Of a stretch of 64,000 nucleotides of DNA, positions 60,330 through 64,000 are shown one piece after another (within the stretch, counting starts at the first letter, position 1; each line of letters starts with the position of its first letter). The translations under genes were made by a program, and so were the position numbers. Source of the DNA: Myxococcales bacterium (GTDB taxonomy: Bacteria; Myxococcota_A; UBA9042; JABWCM01; BTVJ01); NCBI GenBank assembly GCA_045863395.1, contig BTVJ01000039.1, positions 1-64,000 on the forward strand, in the 5' to 3' direction. The notes beneath the pieces were generated by a model. The model was given only the letters and a program-made list of their open reading frames with translations, did not search any database and was not told the DNA's origin.

Positions 60330-62903
60330 CCCTCGCGCCGCGAGGACCTCCAGCAGGCGCGCGTGCTCCGCCTCTACCCGCTGCGCCGCGTCCCCCAGGG
60401 GCCCATCTCCCCGGGCCGCCTCCTCCAGCGCCGCCGCGGCCGCCGTCAGCCGCCGCGCCGCCAGCACCGCGGCGCCCCCGCGCAGCTTGTGGGCCGCCCG
60501 CCGAGTCCGTTCCCTGTCGCTGCTGCTGACGGCGTCGCGCACCTCCGCGACCTGCTCCGGGGACTGGGCCATGAACGTGGCCACGATGGGCCCAAGGGCG
60601 TGCTGAGCCTCGCCCAAGGACTCTCGCAGCGCGGCCTCGTCGAACACCTCGTCGCCCGACGGGGCCACAGCGGACTCCGGCTCCGTCGCCGCGCCCCCGA
60701 GGGTTCGCTCCAGCACCTCGTGGAGGCTGCGGAGGCGGAGCGGCTTGGCGAGGTAGTCGTCCGCGCCCGCCGCAAGGCAGCGCTCCCTGTCGCCCCGCAT
60801 GGCGTGGGCGGTCAGCGCCACGATGGGCGTGCGGCGCCCGGTGCACTCCCTCGCGCGCACCTCCCGGATGGCCGCGAAGCCGTCCAGCTCCGGCATCTGC
60901 ACGTCCATGAGCACGAGATCGAAGCGCTCACGCAGGATGGCTTCCACCGCCGCGCGCCCGTCCGCGACCATGGTGCATGAGAGCCCCAGGTGTCCGAGCA
61001 GGGCCTGGACCACCCGCCGGTTGATGGGGTTGTCCTCCGCGACCAGCAGCCGCGCCTCCCGCCGGAGCCGCGGCGCCTGCTCCGGGCCGGGAGCGACGGG
61101 CGTCGCGCTGGTCGGCGCCATGGACAGCTCCAGGTCGAACCAGAAGGTCGCGCCCTCTCCGAGCGTGCTCGTCACCCTCAGCTCACCGCCCATCAACCCA
61201 ACGAGCTGTGCCGAGATGGCGAGGCCCAGGCCCGTGCCCCCGAAGCGGCGCGTCGTCGATGCGTCGCCCTGGGAGAACGGCGCGAACAGGCGAACCTGGT
61301 CCTCGGGCGAGATGCCAATCCCCGTGTCACTGACCGCGACGCGCACCCGCGTCAGCTCGCCGTCCCGGTCCAGGGTGCTCACGTTGAGGGACACGCGGCC
61401 CGCCGGTGTGAACTTGACCGCGTTGCCGAGGAGGTTGATCAGCACCTGCCGGAGCCGCCCCGGGTCCCCCACGACCAGCCGCGGGACTGCCGCGTCGACG
61501 CGCTGCTCGAAGTCGAGCCCGGCCGCGGCCGCTTGTGGAGCGATCAGCGTCGACACCGCATCGACCACGGCGCGCAGGTCCACCGGCACCCGCTCGATCT
61601 CGAGCCGGCCCGCCTCGATCTTGGAGAAGTCGAGGATGTCGTCGATCACGGCGAGGAGCGCGTCCGACCCGGACCGCATCGTGTCGACACACTCTCGCTG
61701 CCAGGCGCTCAGATCGGTCGTCATCAGCAGGTCGGCCATGGCGACGACGCCGTTCATGGGGGTGCGCAGCTCGTGGCTCATGTTGGCGAGGAAGAGACTC
61801 TTCGCGTCGTTGGCCGCCTGGGCTTCCCGTGCCAGCACCTCTGCCGTCTCCTTGGCGCGCGCCAGCGTCGCGCGGTCCCCGGCGATGGTGTCGAGCAGGC
61901 TGTTGATCAGGGCTGCGAATCGCGCCAGCTCGTCGCGCCCCTCGACGACGAGGCGCCCCTCGTGCTCCTTCGTCTGCTCGATGCGCCGGATCTGATCCTG
62001 GAGTGAGCGCACGCGACCGAGGACCTGCGTCTCCAGGAGAACCAGCGTCAGGAGCGCGAAGAACAAGCCGCACACGAAGAGTCCGACCAGCACGATGGCG
62101 CCGGCCTGCTCGGCCCGCTGGTGGACCGGGCGGGGCTCGCGCACCTCCAGCACCGCCACCGGGTCCCCGTACACGTCACTGAGGAGGTGGTGGCCTACGA
62201 TCAGGTCCTCCGAGGGCGCATGCACCTTGAACGGGCGGTCGGCGCTCAGGCCTGCCGCCACCGGGCCAATGACCCGGGGCGCCTCTTCCCACCGGACGAG
62301 GCGCAGGTCCCGCGACAAGCCCTCCGGGCGACTCACCCTGAGGAAGCGCCCCATGACGAAGGCCCCTCGCGCCGGCCCCTCCGCCTGGCTGGTCAGGATG
62401 GGGCGCGACACGATGAGGAGGATTCCCTCGGGCAGGGCGAGCAGGCCGGAGACGGCGGCGCGGTGGTCCTCGCCTCTCCAGAGCGCCTTGCCGGGCTCCA
62501 GGTGGGCCAGCACCGACGGGGGGACGGGGACCTCCACCGCGTCGCTCAAGCGGAACGCCTTGCCCACGGCCAGCTCCCCGCCCGGCGTGACGAACAGGAT
62601 CAGCTCGATGTCCTTGCCGACGAGCGCGGGCGTCGCCAGGTTGGAGCGCACGTAGCGGGGGCTCCGCGTCTCCATGAACTCGTAGGTGTCGTCCCAGCTC
62701 GCCCAGTCCGACGAGTCGCGCTCCAGGGCCCGCAGGTCCTCCCGGATCGCGGCATACTCGCGCTTGGTGTCGCTGCGGAGCTGGTCGTGCTCGATCTCGT
62801 CGAAGGAGCCCGTCACGACGCGGTCGGTCAGCAGCGCGACGGCGCTGAGCAGCGCCACGAGGACGCAGGCGAGGATCGTCAGTGTCTTCGCGCGAAGGTT
62901 CAT
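60324..62903 (-). CDS. Hybrid histidine kinase (CHASE4-HAMP-HisKA-HATPase-REC-Hpt)
   Basis: [16 protein letters not shown]4; [35 protein letters not shown] Hpt. Confidence 0.93.
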   Translation of the reverse strand: MNLRAKTLTILACVLVALLSAVALLTDRVVTGSFDEIEHDQLRSDTKREYAAIREDLRALERDSSDWASWDDTYEFMETRSPRYVRSNLATPALVGKDIELILFVTPGGELAVGKAFRLSDAVEVPVPPSVLAHLEPGKALWRGEDHRAAVSGLLALPEGILLIVSRPILTSQAEGPARGAFVMGRFLRVSRPEGLSRDLRLVRWEEAPRVIGPVAAGLSADRPFKVHAPSEDLIVGHHLLSDVYGDPVAVLEVREPRPVHQRAEQAGAIVLVGLFVCGLFFALLTLVLLETQVLGRVRSLQDQIRRIEQTKEHEGRLVVEGRDELARFAALINSLLDTIAGDRATLARAKETAEVLAREAQAANDAKSLFLANMSHELRTPMNGVVAMADLLMTTDLSAWQRECVDTMRSGSDALLAVIDDILDFSKIEAGRLEIERVPVDLRAVVDAVSTLIAPQAAAAGLDFEQRVDAAVPRLVVGDPGRLRQVLINLLGNAVKFTPAGRVSLNVSTLDRDGELTRVRVAVSDTGIGISPEDQVRLFAPFSQGDASTTRRFGGTGLGLAISAQLVGLMGGELRVTSTLGEGATFWFDLELSMAPTSATPVAPGPEQAPRLRREARLLVAEDNPINRRVVQALLGHLGLSCTMVADGRAAVEAILRERFDLVLMDVQMPELDGFAAIREVRARECTGRRTPIVALTAHAMRGDRERCLAAGADDYLAKPLRLRSLHEVLERTLGGAATEPESAVAPSGDEVFDEAALRESLGEAQHALGPIVATFMAQSPEQVAEVRDAVSSSDRERTRRAAHKLRGGAAVLAARRLTAAAAALEEAARGDGPLGDAAQRVEAEHARLLEVLAARGL

Positions 62904-62969
62904 CGGGCGTCCGGCGGCCAGTCTGTGAGCAGGCCCGAGCCTATCGCGGATGACCCCAAGGGGGCAACG

Positions 62970-63638
62970 CTACAGCAGGCTGAGCTGTTGGGCCCCTCGG
63001 CCTCGATAGCGGGTCGGGGCGCCCGGGACCGGGCGGCCTTCCAGCCAGCCCCGGATCATGCCCAGCACGCGGTCCTGGTGCTGGGGGTCGTTGGCGTAGT
63101 CGATGCGGGAGGTGTCGAGCACGTAGACGGGGGCGGCGTCGAAGCGGTCCCACATGGCGTAGTAGCGGTCGCGGAGCGACTCCAGGTACGACGCCTCGAT
63201 CACCTGCTCGGACTCGATGGATCGCTTGCGGATGCGCTGCATGATGGCGGACGTCGAAGACTCCAGGAAGAGCACGAAGTCGGGCGCCACCGCCGTCTCC
63301 CCGAGCAGGGAGGCGAAGCGGTCGTACAGCTCCAGCTCCGTCCCCGCGAGCGTCTCCTCGGCGAAGAGGCGGTCCTTGGCGTAGAGGTAGTCGGCGACGA
63401 CCAGCTCGTCGAACAGCTCCCGCTGGCGCAGCTCCACCTGCTGGGAGAAGCGCGTCGCCAGGTAGAACATCTGGGTCGGGAAGGCATACCGGGAGCGATC
63501 CCGGTAGAACTCGGCCAGGAAGGGGTTGTGCTCCACGGGCTCCAGCACGAGGCGCGCCGACCACTCCCGCTCCAGGATGCGGCAGAGCGTCGTCTTGCCG
63601 ACCCCGATGAGCCCCTCGATGACGATGTACCTGGACAC
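62970..63638 (-). CDS. Deoxynucleoside kinase
   Basis: IEGLIGVGKTT P-loop, EPVEHNPFL..FY, TQMFYL..RF, RIRKRS..E. Confidence 0.92.
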   Translation of the reverse strand: MSRYIVIEGLIGVGKTTLCRILEREWSARLVLEPVEHNPFLAEFYRDRSRYAFPTQMFYLATRFSQQVELRQRELFDELVVADYLYAKDRLFAEETLAGTELELYDRFASLLGETAVAPDFVLFLESSTSAIMQRIRKRSIESEQVIEASYLESLRDRYYAMWDRFDAAPVYVLDTSRIDYANDPQHQDRVLGMIRGWLEGRPVPGAPTRYRGRGAQQLSLL

Positions 63639-63704
63639 GGCGCCCTCCGTCGTGCACCCGTTGTAGACCGAGTCGCCCGCCAGGACAAGCCGCAACGTGC
63701 GCGA

Positions 63705-64000
63705 TCACGACGCCCCGAACTTCTCCAGGCGGTAGAGCAGGACGTGCCGCGGGATTCCGAGGTAGCGGGCCGTGGCGGACTGGTTGCCCCCGTGGCGCTC
63801 CAGGGCCTTGAGGATCACCTCCCGCTCCAGGTCCGGCAGGCTGAAGGGCGTCTCGGGGAGGACGAGCCGGCCGGGGGTCAACACTCCTGCTGGGGTCTCC
63901 GCCGGTGCTGGGGAGCCTCCCGGGGTCGCGAGGTCGGCCAGGTCGAGCACGTCGCCGCGGCGCAGCAGCAACATGCGGGCGACCGTGTTCTTGAGCTCCC
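63705..64000 (-). CDS. C-terminus of a sigma-54-dependent Fis-family regulator (5' part outside the window)
   Basis: ELKNTVARM..., LEREVILKALERHGGNQSATARYLGIPRHVLLYRLEK HTH. Confidence 0.88.
   Translation of the reverse strand, partial: ELKNTVARMLLLRRGDVLDLADLATPGGSPAPAETPAGVLTPGRLVLPETPFSLPDLEREVILKALERHGGNQSATARYLGIPRHVLLYRLEKFGAS

Overview
Very GC-rich bacterial DNA, gene-dense, with the repertoire typical of Myxococcota/Deltaproteobacteria (inference from gene content: four large Cys-rich repeat lipoproteins, a TPR-PEGA protein, an MshEN-type PilB/GspE ATPase, alpha-2-macroglobulin). About 40 real CDSs are supported. Most other ORFs in the track are antisense or out-of-frame shadows, and one real gene (<1-3412, minus strand) is missing from the track. 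Housekeeping-type genes include a MazG-like pyrophosphohydrolase, glutamate dehydrogenase, deoxynucleoside kinase, fluC/crcB plus DUF190 and a sigma-54 regulator end. No rRNA, tRNA, CRISPR, integrase or transposase was seen. Most notable: (1) an orphan MotA/MotB stator pair, lacking the usual rotor-contact Arg, translationally coupled to an intramembrane-sensing hybrid histidine kinase; (2) two integrase-free insertion scars in which part of the 3' region of a host gene (pilB-like, alpha-2-macroglobulin) is duplicated on the far side of a small cargo (LysR+oxidoreductase; vapBC); (3) a signal-peptide-less, porin-like beta-rich protein; (4) a 33-bp-arm AT-rich REP-like hairpin; (5) a thermolysin-like protease split by two compensating frameshifts; (6) a TPAT-like TRAP transporter; (7) a SNF2/SWIM pair next to a toxin-antitoxin module. 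All family assignments come from motif recognition by eye; no searches were run.
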